A stretch of 64,000 bases of DNA. Source: Selaginella moellendorffii. Its lineage: Eukaryota; Plantae; Lycopodiophyta. Location of the stretch: NCBI RefSeq assembly GCF_000143415.4, contig NW_003314271.1, positions 744,001 through 808,000 on the forward strand, given 5' to 3'. Below the pieces are notes generated by a model. It searched no databases, was not told where the DNA came from, and saw nothing but the letters and a program-made list of their open reading frames with translations. Position 1 is the first letter of the stretch, and each line of letters starts with the position of its first letter. Shown here piece after piece: positions 37,770 through 49,803 of this stretch. The translations under genes were made by a program, and so were the position numbers.

Positions 37770-38056
37770 ATGCTTTATTTCGTTAAAGTGGAACTTTTCA
37801 TTATCCCACTTATGGTGTGTGGCCACATGCCATTTTTATAACAACAATAAAAAATTGAAGTTTTAGCTTTATAATTTATAAATTAAAAACTTTTCATATG
37901 ATTTTGTGTTATAATATTGTGAAATATAAAAAATAAATTAAAAAACTAATAGAAATATTAATAAATATTAATTAAGTACTAGGAAATGGCATGTGGACAC
38001 ATGCTAATTAATGTCCCACTTTACTGAATAAGTTCCACTTTAACGAAATAAAGCAT
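37770..38056. mobile_element. 287-bp MITE related to the 14.4-kb TIR element, inserted in the gypsy integrase
   Basis: 27-bp perfect TIR ATGCTTTATTTCGTTAAAGTGGAACTT; flanks gtaa/ataa (4-bp TSD with one mismatch). Removing it restores the frame CILCQVRNTPPEGRLESI. Two subterminal palindromes. Confidence 0.9.
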
Positions 38057-40516
38057 ATAATACTCCTCCAGAAGGACGGTTGGAGTCAATTGTAATTTCC
38101 TATTTGTTTGAATTGGTGGCATTTGATCTTATGGGACCTTTTCCAAGATCGACTGCTGGCAATGAGGATGTTATTATTACTTATGATTACTTGATTCGTT
38201 GGGTGGAAGTTGGTCCTTTTGCTAGCGCCTTTGCAACTATTGTTGGATACTTCCTCCTCAATCAAGTGGTGTTTCAGCATTCTTGTCTAGAGTAGATTCT
38301 TTCAGATAATGGTCCCACATTTATGGCTGAGGCATTTCATGTTTTGACGTCTCGGTTGGGGATATGCCACACTTTCACAAGTGTTTATCATCCACAATCA
38401 GACGGTCTAGTGGAACGGCTCATTCGGACATTCAAAGGGATGATTGCAAAGTATGTGAACTTTCAACATTTGGATTAGGATGGTTATTTTCCATCTCTTC
38501 GGTATGCATATGTCACAAGGGTGCAAAGTTTTATTGGTGCTTCACCATATAAACTTCTATATAGTCATGATCCAATATTACTAACGGAGCTAGGTTTACC
38601 TTCACGATTGCCATGAGCTACTGATGCTAAGTCGTGGGATCAGTATTTGATGAGCATTCTTCCACTTGTCCGAGCTGAGTCTGTCGAACACTTAGGCCAC
38701 GTACAAGTGGGATAACAATGGCACTACAACTCCCATCATCGTCCACCTGCGGAGTATAAAGTGGATGATTTGGTGTTAGTCCGTTTTCCCCATCTTACGA
38801 TATGTGGTTTATTTAGTTCACATGGTGCAACAAAACCTTCTAACTCTTAAAACATCCTAGGAGGATGAATCAATAGCCCCTTATGATTAGACATTCTAAA
38901 CATAGATCTATAGACAATTAGGATATGAAAATCCTCACTCATACATATATTATATTCAATTTTTTTACACCTTGACTAAAAAAAAATTCTTCTATCAAAG
39001 GGTCTAGAGTCATTCCCCATATCCCCTCAACCCTTTCAATTGCAAGTTGATTAATCCCTAAAGCAAATGTTTCACTTCTTGGTTGCATCTTCTATTTATA
39101 TGCCCTTGAGCATTTGACATCCTCACTACTAGAATTTCCAGTAATAAAAACTACAATATTTATTCCCTATAGTCATTATAGCCAAATTTCAAAAGACCTC
39201 ACAATTCCATCCATTTTCACTTGGAGGAATTTTTTGCCATAGCATTGTGAAATTTCTTCATCCTCAATTTCTTTTGCCAAATGTCAATTGGAATCAATGA
39301 ACTCTTCTTCTGTGAGGCTCTCTAGCCTTATGGAAGGAGGCAAAATCATTATATAACTATTTATCTTGATACATTGCAAATTCTTGATTTTGGAAATTTT
39401 CCTCTTTAAAGAATCTAATGCCTTGACCACCCACTATAGTCATTTGAGGCCTTCTTGACACTATTGGCATTTCCCTTGAGTCTCCTAACAACCTTCAAAA
39501 TGCAAGGGATATGGGATAGTGGAAACCATGAAGCATATTCTATGGGATTATAACATTGTAAAGGCCATCACAATGATGAGGGAGTTGAGCACCATATATG
39601 ACTTTGAGATGTAACATGTTAGAGCTTAAAGTAACCTTTTTTGACGGTATATTATATATCTTTATCCAGCTTCTTTATGCACTTGTGAGCCAAAACTTTG
39701 TGGAGAGAATGAACATATGCCTTCACCACTTGAGCATTACATATTTCACACTCAAATGTATTGGATGAACCTATTAGGATACTTATAAATGAACTCCTCT
39801 TGCAATTGTATATTAATAAGTATCAAGTTGGCATGTGCTGAGGATATAGTTGCTTCATCATGTTATAATTGACTCTCAACACAACCATCATTCCAATATA
39901 ATATTCATCATAAGCTTGATCTTCCACTAAGAGGATATGGAAATGAAATGCTATTTATCAAAGAATACTCACTTTTAGAAGCTCATCTTTGAGAGAAAGA
40001 TGAATACTCTAAGTATAAACTCTAAAATTAATTAAACATAATCAATAAATTTATGCACATTATAGGTTTTTTTAAGTTTGAAACTCATAAAGGTTTGAGA
40101 TTCAAGTCCCATTGGGAGCAATGATGACAGAAATATACTCCATCAAGAATGGAAAGTTACAAGTATATTAGAACTTTGAATCTGAATAAGTAAGACAAAT
40201 ATATAGCATAGAGGGTTGAATTTTAAGCAAGGATCCATTCTATCTTAATACATAATTCTTATTTATATATATATTTATATAGAAATAAATATAAGACTAA
40301 ATTTATATTATAATATTATCTTTAAGAAATAAATTTTAATATAAGTTTTTAAATAATAAAACACCAATTTGCGATAATAATAATAAGATATAATATGATT
40401 AAAATTAAAGCTGAAAATTTATTTTATATTTCTATTATATTTATGTTTTACACTATAGTTATTGCTCTAATAACAATAGTTATTACTTTGGGAGGAGAAA
40501 TGTTCTAAATACACAA

Positions 40517-40692
40517 TGTGGGTGCTTGGAATATGGAAAGGGAATACAAAAAATGTGCATATCAATTAGCCCAAAAACCCTAGCTTATATACATGAGCGA
40601 GTGGTCCAAATTGAAACTAATTCGACGGTTACCAAAATCCCATTACACTAATATTAGTATACGGCATCGTAGCCGTACACTTGGCCCTCACA
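40517..40692 (-). repeat. 3' LTR of the gypsy element, in inverted orientation
   Basis: Reverse complement tgtgagggcc...gcacccaca aligns with the 5' LTR. On the minus strand it is preceded by purine tract ggaagagatga and followed by ttgt, matching the ttgt before the 5' LTR. Confidence 0.88.
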
Positions 40693-41785
40693 TCATCTCT
40701 TCCATTTGGAATAATGGAAGACCATCAAGGTTCTCTTGTAAACGGGGATCTGAAGGAATGTCAAAAGGAGGCATTGGCAAATCTATAGGTGGTATTAATT
40801 GCTCCTGATCCCTTTATATGAAGCGTTTCAACCACTACACATGCACAATCTCTAGAGGATCGACTTGTTAGACGTTATGCCGAACTTCATAAACTTGTGG
40901 TCCAACTTGCCGCAACACCCAATACGGTCCTTTCCACTGTACAAGGAGCCTCTAAAATGCTACCATCTTTGATAAATTTAAATTACTTAGATTCAAAAGA
41001 GATGGTAAATTAGATGAATCAAGATTGGTTAACAACCTTTTTCACCTTTGTCAGCCTATAACACAATGCTATGGATTAAGAGTACAATGTCCACTATACC
41101 AATTAGAACTTAGCAGAATTCCTCAAGGGAAGAGTTTCTAGGGCATCCAAGGAGATATGAATTTAGGTTGAGTTGGTTTGAACAAAATTTTAGCAATTAA
41201 TTCCTCAACTTAGACAATTGAAGACTTTAGTATGAGCTTGCCACAAGCTCTATTTCGTTAAAGTGGGAATTGTCATTATCCCACTTGTAAAATAAGGTTT
41301 TCAAACCTTTATATAGTATATAAATATAACAAAATTCAACTGCATTGAGGCACATGCCATTTTATTTTAAACAAGGAAATGTCTACTCAATCACTTCTCC
41401 TCCCTCTGCCACTGCTTCACCTCTCTCTTCTCCTTGTCATCGTCGTCCAATTTCTTTCCATCCTTTTAATATTGGCTTAGTTGCTCCGAGTCTAGGTGGA
41501 GCCCAAGTCCCCATTCAATCTTTACTTTCCCCTTATTAATAAAACAACTTCGTAGACTTCCAATAACATGCTGTAACACTTCTAGTATAATGCAAATCCT
41601 CTCAAAGAATTGTCTTTTAATATTAATACAATGGCATGGAACCCCATGCCATAATAATTTACATTTTTAAATAAATACATGCCATCTCAGACTGTTATTT
41701 TTTGCCTCCAACGCCTATACAATAATCTTGGAATTTCATCACTCTCCACACTATCAGGATTTAAACCCAATAGTAATGCCATCTC

Positions 41786-44700
41786 TTATCTAATACATCC
41801 ACGCTCATGTTCAATGGTCGAAAAACCCATCCGGTTGAGCAGATTATGGAGATGCGGATAGTGCTTGGCTAGACAATATACATGCCATAAATGATGATTG
41901 GTGTCTGTCCGATCAAATGGCTTCTGATATACCGTTCCATCTGCCATTTGGTTGATTTCTGCAGCCACCTCCTGGACTAGCCAGTTCTCTATCACCATCG
42001 CTCTAAGCCATTTTGCAAGGTCCCCCAGAACATACGGTTTCTTCTCCCTAGTTTCCATACTGCAAGAGATGGGGTGCACTGCATATGTGTGCGTGTTTGC
42101 TGCAGTTTTAATCGGCGAGTCATAGATGATGAGGATTTCACTTGACCTAGCAGTCCGGTTCATCACTACAGCCTCTGGCTTGACGAAGATGGGCTTGTTA
42201 CCCCTCACATGGACTATAGTCAAGCAATCCTCCTGCGTTAGGAGAAAGTCAAATGGTAATATTACTCACGTCTGATCGTGCATCATCTGTAGCAACGTTA
42301 ATGCATTGTGGCGCATCATGGATGTCCAAACTCCCAATTGCAAATTGAACCCGGCCCTCTGTTTTAAGTGTCGCATGGTCATTATTAGATCCCGCAGTTT
42401 CTCCCGTGTGATTAATGTGAATCTGTCTCTTTTGACCAACTTGCGACCGCAGGCTTTGGAGGGTGTAGTGACATTCGAGGACGAGCCACGCTCATGGGAG
42501 AAAAAGACACCGTTCAAATAAAAAACGATACAGTACCTTCGCCGTGACTCTGAAATGAAATGCGTCAGCATAAAAAATGGTACAAGTCAATTTTACCATC
42601 TACAATATTAGCGAATGGTGCTCCTGATGGTCGTTGAGAGGGTTTTGGTCGAGGAAACGTGAAGGGCGGAAATACTCTCCTTTGCAATGTGGGGTCAATC
42701 GCATCCGATGGCGTGTGGGCACATGCCATTTCAGCTGTAGACTCTGGTACAACTGGCTCAATAGTGGCATGGGGTGGTTCCGATGGCATGTGATCACACG
42801 CCATTTCAGCTGGTGCCTCCGTTGGCAAAGTGGACATGACCGAACAGGCAGCAGGGGCGGTGTAGGGAGGTTCCAACGGCGTGTAGTCAGACGATTGGGC
42901 ACACGTTGAGTCTGTTGGAAATGAGGATACGACCGGCTCGGCGGCTGGGGCGGCCTCATGCGGGTCCAATGGCGCCTGGTCACCGTCAGTTGGATACGTG
43001 GACAAGATTGACTCAGTGGTATGGGCAGCATCAAGTGGAGCGTGGTCAGCTTGCTTGGCGTTGATATGGATAGTAGCCTCCACCAGCTCTGATGACTCTT
43101 GCAGGCAAGTAGAGTCCACTAGCGGATCCATATGCATGTCCAAATATCTCCCTTCGATTGAGATGGTATCCTCCCTACTGGCTACTAAAAACAAACTCAT
43201 TAGCACATTGAATCGACTATACTGTATTTACCATCAACTGCTATTGAGGAACTAGGACCGATATCACTTGGGCGCACTGCTGATTCTGAAGGATTGGATA
43301 TACGTTTCGACCCTTGCTTGGCACTATCCTTCCTCGACACTAAAGGCTAGAGTTTGTATCTTAATTCAACTGAATAATCTCTACTTACCATTTGCTCTGC
43401 GACCTACATGGACAATGTTAGAAATGGATGTACTATTATTTACTTGATGGTTTGTCTTGTATGACCTTCCTCCGCTGCTCTTTGGCCACCTCAGGCTGGC
43501 CATCGTTGTCATCATCGTCGTTGTCGTTATTATGATCGTCACCATTGTGAGGACCATCCAAGTCCTCTTTGTCCTCCTCTTCTTCGTCCTCCTCTTCTTT
43601 GTCCTCCTCTTCGTCCTTCTGCTCTTCCTGCTTATTATCTTTCTCTGGCTCCTCATCCCCCTCCTGCATTTCTTCCATAGGCTGCTCACGTTGCCCTTCT
43701 TCCTTTTCGAATCAAACGCCTCTGATCCCGACGACTGTCCAACGTGCTTTCGCTTTTTATGACCACTGTCAGTTTGAGCTTGGCTGGTGCTTGCCTGTTT
43801 TGCCTTTGAAGAAGTGTCTCCTGCAAGGAATGGCATGAGACCACACGCCATTGCAAATATAATTTGTACCTCCTTTTTTCCTATTGCTTGTCAGTTTGTC
43901 CTTCTTTGACGTGCCACCAGTGCGCTTTTCAGTCCTCGTGTCTAAATATTCACAACGATCTATAATCAAAATGGCGTGAGGCCTCACGTGACCTTACCTT
44001 GTGCAGGTTGTGAGCTTGGCCCAACATGGGTATCTTCAACAGTAGCTGTTAACGCCGTTTCAGCATCTGGGGGTGGCCACGCTCCTGCATATAGAGCTTG
44101 TGAGATAACATTTAAACTTAAAGTGCGTACTCACCAGGTTTGCAGAGAAGATACTATTTTTCTTTGGCAACTGTAATTATATGCTCCATTGAAGTCACCT
44201 CTTCAATGGAGTTTGTCACCGCAACACACGGGACACCCTTGAGTAGTGCGGCTCGAAAGAATAGTCCGCCGCAGTTGTACTCAACAACGCATTTGCCCTT
44301 GAAGTCGGAAGCAGGTGACCCACCCGCTATTGCGTTGAAGACCCAGCTGAGCATTTCCCATGCTGCACCTGGAGCTTTCTTTGGATTCGAAAGCTCCATA
44401 GCCGTCTTCAGTTCCTCAGGCACGGGTAAATTGACCTCCCTCAGATCAATTCGATCGGCCTTGTCGAACGAGGCTGGGAAGTCACTCTAGTCCCACTCTG
44501 CTGCAGGACCAATAACAAGGGTGAGTGTGAAGATGCGGACATTCGTCGGTATCTTCTTCTTAGCCATTATCCCATGGATCTCCCGCATCTCCTTGCCTTT
44601 CAACCGAGCCTTCACCTCGTTCAAGGCCTTCTAGAACTTGTGATAGGATTCGGAGTCGTAGATCATATAGTGGACTGAAGATTCCACCTCTGCAAGTCCC

Positions 44701-47700
44701 ACCATTAAGTCAATGATGGAGCTGACTTCGTTTGCATGAGTGATCTCCTCGTTTGTGAAGTCCATCACACAAAAGATGTTCTTGACCTGCTCATCTCCGC
44801 GGGAAACGATGCTCCTCCACCTTTGATCCTCATCCGAATTCACATATACCCGGTAAGGTTCTCGATAGGCCTCTGTTGCGGGGTCGAGCTGTTTCTGAAG
44901 CCGGCGGTCGACATCCCTCTTAATGAAATTTGGATACTGATCCAACTTCTCAGCTTTACTTTTCGTGGCATCCCGCAGCAGATCGATGAACTTGGGGGCC
45001 CCCTTCACGTACTCGTCGATGTCTTCATTTGACAACTCCAGCGCTTCCATCATCTCTTGCGTGGTGTCGATGCTCACCCTCTCCACGGCCACTTGCTCGA
45101 AGATCCAATCCTTCAATAGCGCACGAGCTTTCAGAGTCGTGCACAAGTCCTCGTATGTCACAATATGGCCGGGAGTCATTTTGGTCTTGTTGAAGACTAC
45201 CTCACCACGTAGAAGAGCATTAGCCACTGTCAGAAGGTCATCGTCGTCTAGAGACTGCGAGAAACGCAAGGCGTTGAGCTTCAAATCATTGGGCTTCCGG
45301 CCGTCCTCCACACCCATTGAGTTTAGCAACTCCCCGTCATGGTACCTCCTCAGCACATCTACCCATTTGTCAAAAACAACTTTTGTCGCGAGTAGAATGT
45401 TATGGATGCCGACAATCTAGAGTTTAAGACCGTCCACGACGTAGCGTCCGCCGCTCTCTCGAACATGGGAGTGGACGCCAGAGCCCTGGAGCTTGGCGGA
45501 AACTCTACAAGATGCATTTCAAGGGACACGGAAAAGGAAGATGGGCATGGTCATCCAGCTCCCCACCCAAATGGGCCATGGCGGTGGAGCTCTCACAGTC
45601 CAGCACTTGGGCTGCTCCAAGGCTTTGAACTTCCAATCCACTAGTAGCTACTTCTACACCACCTTTTTCTGTGACTGCAAGCACAAGCTTGACGAGGTGA
45701 CGAGAGGATCGAGATTGTGCTTAGTGTTTAGCTTGGTGAGAAAGAACACCAGGTTCTTGGGTGTACGTTCTTCATATCGTCACTGCCCCGTGTTCAGTCT
45801 TTGAAGCAAGAATGGGCAAGCCACAGCGAGGGTGGTAGGGCAAAGATGGTGATCCCGCTCTGCCACAAGTACTCGAGCAAGAGCTTGCGCTTTGCTGGGC
45901 TCAAGGGACACGATCGCATGGTGGCTGCTCTTCTCCGGGGGTGTGATTTCCGGGACCTCCATCTCTGCATGCTCACCAAGCTTGTACAGGATCATGATAA
46001 AGTTGATGATGATGATGTTGGTAATGATGATCCAAGAATCACTTCCTGAAATTTAGAAGATGGCCGATCAACGACATACTGAGATTCGTTGGTGGTAACA
46101 GTCTAGAGCCATTTGACAAGTTACATGACGAGGAAAACTTTGACAAGCAAGGGTACCTGGGGAACAAAGGTGGAACAGAGTACTATCACGTCGCAGTGCT
46201 GGTGGCCTGAATGCTGTGATGCGATTCTCTCGAGTTGCTAGAGTCCCGTCCACAGCACAATTGTGGCTGGGCTCTTGAAAGACGCTGCCACTGCTGAGGA
46301 TGCAAGGGAAGACTCGAGGTGGCACTAGAGAAGTGGAAGCCGGCCATAGGCAAGGTTTTGGACTTGTGCCTCGGGAACCTACAGTCTTACTCCATGTTTG
46401 ATCAGGGAATTGAGAATTTGCTGGGCAACCTCAAGTCCGCGGGGTTTGAGCATGGACTGATGGAGCTGGCCAGAAAGCTCATGCAATATGTCAAGAAATG
46501 TCCTGCCAAACTTTTAGAGAAGCTGTTAGAGTTCTTCCTCGACACTCCAGCATGCAGCCGAGGCTTTGGAGATCGTCTCCGAGGCCCCGCTTGAGTGCGT
46601 TGCACTGGCAGTGCATTGCAGCCATGAGTACCGCAAGATCGTGGAAGCTCGAGTGGACAAGCTAACATCAACGGATTTGGAAGCGGAGAAACTCAAGCTA
46701 AAACTTCCATCGAGGCACAAGGGGCGTGCAACCATTTTCGATGTTTACGGACGGTTCCTGGCCAGTGTTGTGAAGCTGATCTCCAAGCTTGCGGCGTATG
46801 GCTCGCTAGACATTGCCATGCAGCTCGCAAGCAAGGTGGAGAATCAGCTGCTGGTGGATGTGGAAGAAGAACTCAAAGTGTATTATAAATGCAACTACAG
46901 TCTAGTGCTAGTACTGCCGTTTCTGGTTTCATGGCGAAAATTGTAGCAAAGTCTTTAGTCTGGGAGGAGAGGAAGAATAAATTTAGACTGGTGAGGACAT
47001 TGACACTGATGAGGAGCGCAGCCAGTTTGCTAGGCATGAAAGAGCGGGGCGCAGTGACAGCCTTGCTTGCTGGGCTGTGTGCTTCTCACTTGCATGGGAA
47101 TGCTCCTCGTCAAGGCTCACTAATTTACGATATTTATCCCACTGCGAACTTTGGTTCTGCGAAAGAGCACTTTGATTCCGCGGAAGAGCTCGCTCGGGAT
47201 GAGTACAATAGGGTGGCAAGCATCCGCCATTGCAGTGTGATTCCCATGGCCAGGGATTTTGTGGAGAATGTGTTCTGGTTTGGGGAGGTGACTGGATTGC
47301 TCATGGACCGGACGCACCTAAGTTGGAAGCTATTAAGTTCTTTTTCTCTGAGCATTGTTCCCCTGGCTATGGATTCCAGTGCTGCCGCAAGGAACGCTTT
47401 GAAGAAGGTGGTGGAGGCGAGGATGGAACACCTGCGTTCTGGGCTCGAGTATGGAGGGGAGAGGATCAAGTCGAATCCTTTCAAGAGGGCGAGGATTGGA
47501 GGTGTGCTGCTGGACCCCTAGTGTTTTCGAGAGAAGACTCGAGAATTCCTGCAATGGAAATGGCGTGAGACCACATGCTATGCCACATGCAACGAGGCTT
47601 ACCTGCCAGGCGCTAGTTGCTAGTGCACGTCCTTGTCCTGGTTTTTGTGGCTTCTTCAGTTGAACCCAGAGCTTCCATGTTCGTGCCAATGTCTCGTGCA

Positions 47701-48751
47701 GACCCGATTTGTAGCACGTTTCTTGCTTGACATTCTGCGCGTGGGAGATGTATATGATAGATCGGAGGGGCGAGTTGCTTTTTATCAGGCGGACAACTCT
47801 TGTCTTGAAGACTTTCTTCACCTCCTCGCCCACCATAATATCCACAACTATCTCTTGCATCGCCAAGCTAGAATGCTGCCCGGAGACGGCATAGAACCGG
47901 ATGTTCTGATCGTCCAACACCTTCCTATTGATCAAGTCTAGAAACCTCGTCTCGCCCTTCATTGTTCGGTAGTAGGGGATCACGTCTGCGATGTCGGGTG
48001 TTACTGGACTTGCCAGCATCTTCTACTTCAGTTTCTCCACCCACTCATCAGATACTAGCCTGTGGTTGTATTTGCTTTGGATGTCGATACGGCTCACGTC
48101 GATTGTATATACTTTGTTGGAATAGTAACAAGTACTATTATCTGCGACGATTTTTGCTGCCTCTTCTTGCTCTTTCTACTATTTGCGGCTCTTCTTTTTG
48201 GTGGGTGTAGTGTTCGAACCCGAGACAATGGCATCACCGAGTAGCTTCGTTTTTGGAGTAGGAGAGTCGGACGTCGGCTTGAGCTTGACCACCCTTTTCT
48301 GCTTCAGGGTAGTTTCCAGATCGACCCCCTTCCCCTTCGCTTCACGAACTGGAGGCACTCTCAACGGCTCAATGTTGGAATATAGTTTTTGAACATCGCC
48401 GTAGGTGAGGTCCGTGGATTCCATGTGATCTTCATAGACCCGCAGCGTCTTTGAAATTGTGGGCCTCTTGGACAACCTCTCCCTAGCTCCCTCTAGGAAT
48501 TCCTCATAGCCGCTGCCCCCCTCCGGGAAGCCGCTAGGATGTGCAAGGTGGATCTTGAAGGCGGACGCTGTCTCTACCACAAGTGCCAGTCCATATTCTT
48601 GCATGGAACTGCATGGAGTGTCTGTCACTTGGATGAGGATCCCCATGCATTCTTTTCTCCCACCATCTATGTTGTACAGCCTCAGATCCTCGCCTTCCAT
48701 CCCGAAAGTCCAACTCATGCCATTTTCTACTTGGCCTAAAAGACTTACCAT
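41786..48751 (-). pseudogene. Transposon accessory gene: ParB/Srx-like domain, degenerate DNA amino-MTase fold, acidic linker, FCP1/NIF-like pseudo-phosphatase; disrupted
   Basis: Read through TAG stops at 48181-48176, 48025, 44633 and 44489. ParB-like: VYTIDVSRIDIQSKYNHRLVSDEWVEKLK..FYAVSGQHSSLAMQEI..ISHAQN. MTase-like: KGKCVVEYNCGGLFFRAALLKGVPCVAV. FCP1-like: IVFYLNGVF..LGVWTSMMRHNA..KPIFVK..LIIYDSPIK. GT-AG introns; interrupted by 45416-47521. Confidence 0.65.
45416..47521 (+). pseudogene. Inserted, micro-deleted 2OG-Fe(II) oxygenase-like gene fragment with Helitron-like borders
   Basis: Fragments H..RDTEKEDG, MVIQLPT.MGHGGGALTVQH, YTTFFCDCKHKLDEVTRGSRLCLVFSL, LCHKYSSKSLRFAGLKGHDRMVAALL. 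Borders A|TC...CTAG|T. Confidence 0.6.
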
Positions 48752-49776
48752 TTGAAGCCGAATGGAGGCGTGACAATTGAGGCCGGATTCGCTGGCGAAT
48801 GTGCACTATGTGTGCACCGGATCTTAGCAGCAAGGCTACTCTACCACTTATAGTTGGAGAGTGGCGCTGAAATCTCCCGGGACACCAAGTGGGCTGCGTG
48901 TGGGTGGCGGAGTGGGTGGCAGAGTTGGCGGCGAAGTTACAAACTGGGTGTGTCTTGAAGTGGACGCTGATGCACACGAGTGCGATGCGAGCGCGAGTGT
49001 GATGCAAGCGTGAGTGGACGCCGATGCACACGAGAAACCTGTAGAGAAGGTAGATGAGCGCGAATGTGAGCGTGATTGCGAGTGGGAGCGCGATGCGAGC
49101 ACGAGTACGATGCAAAACCTAACCTCACACGCGCGAAATGTCACGACGGTTGGTAATCCCGCAATGTCATCATTCCTCGGACTTGGGCGCCACCATTAAT
49201 TTCTGGATCGCCACGCGCATGTATGCACGTGAAATCCAAAAGAAATCCACAACGTCATCATTCCTCGAACTGCATGCACGCGAAATCCAAAAAAAAGATC
49301 ATGATTGGGATATCATTTAATACCCTTGCTATATTTATACCATGCATGATTGGATATTCCAAAGCATCTTGTATTTCCATAAATGCCAGATGTTCAGCTA
49401 AATAAAGAATGGTATACAATGTCCTTCTTCATGACCCTGCAAAGAAGCATCTCAATCGGACACCACATGAGACCACACGAGCCTTACAATGTTTTAGGGG
49501 CATTTGCCATAGATCCGACCGTTATTTTGCTCCAAGATTCTACAGTTTGGTGTGCATTGACCTTTCCATCGACACTGCAAAGGGACATCACAATCAGATG
49601 CGGGATCATAAGAAACCAACTTCACTAACTCTGGTTTCACCAAGATCTACGTAAGGAGTTATGAAATGAAAGGACCCTCTCTATTGAAATGTGTTTATGG
49701 TCCTAGGGGCATTGTGACATATCAAAGGATTTTGCATCAAGTTCTGTATTTGCATGTTTATCAAGCTACTGAATTG

Positions 49777-49803
49777 CTAAACCCTAAACCCTAAACCCTA
49801 AAC
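49777..49803 (+). repeat. Interstitial telomere-type repeat (CCCTAAA)3, a telo-box cluster
   Basis: ctaaaccctaaaccctaaaccctaaac lies between the two divergent genes of the element. Confidence 0.85.

Larger units (their letters stand above)
34080..40972 (+). mobile_element. Decayed Ty3/gypsy LTR retrotransposon with short LTRs, tRNA-Ala PBS and inverted 3' part
   Basis: 5' LTR 34080-34249 (TG..CA); PBS 34251-34266; gag with zinc knuckle; protease LLVDTGS; RT FCIDY..LN / KLDLASGFWQI / MPFGLSNA; RNase H DTSDIGL..NYSTTEKECL; integrase with DLMGPFP. The GPY motif, PPT and 3' LTR lie on the minus strand at 40517-40972. Confidence 0.9.

Noticed and set aside
34080-40692. A TIR element or DIRS-like element with 170-bp inverted termini
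   Set aside because: The PBS, PPT, DDE integrase and the split GPY motif show a normal LTR element with a secondary inversion.
49777-49803. Chromosome end or healing site
   Set aside because: Only three units, internal to an element with intact TIRs.
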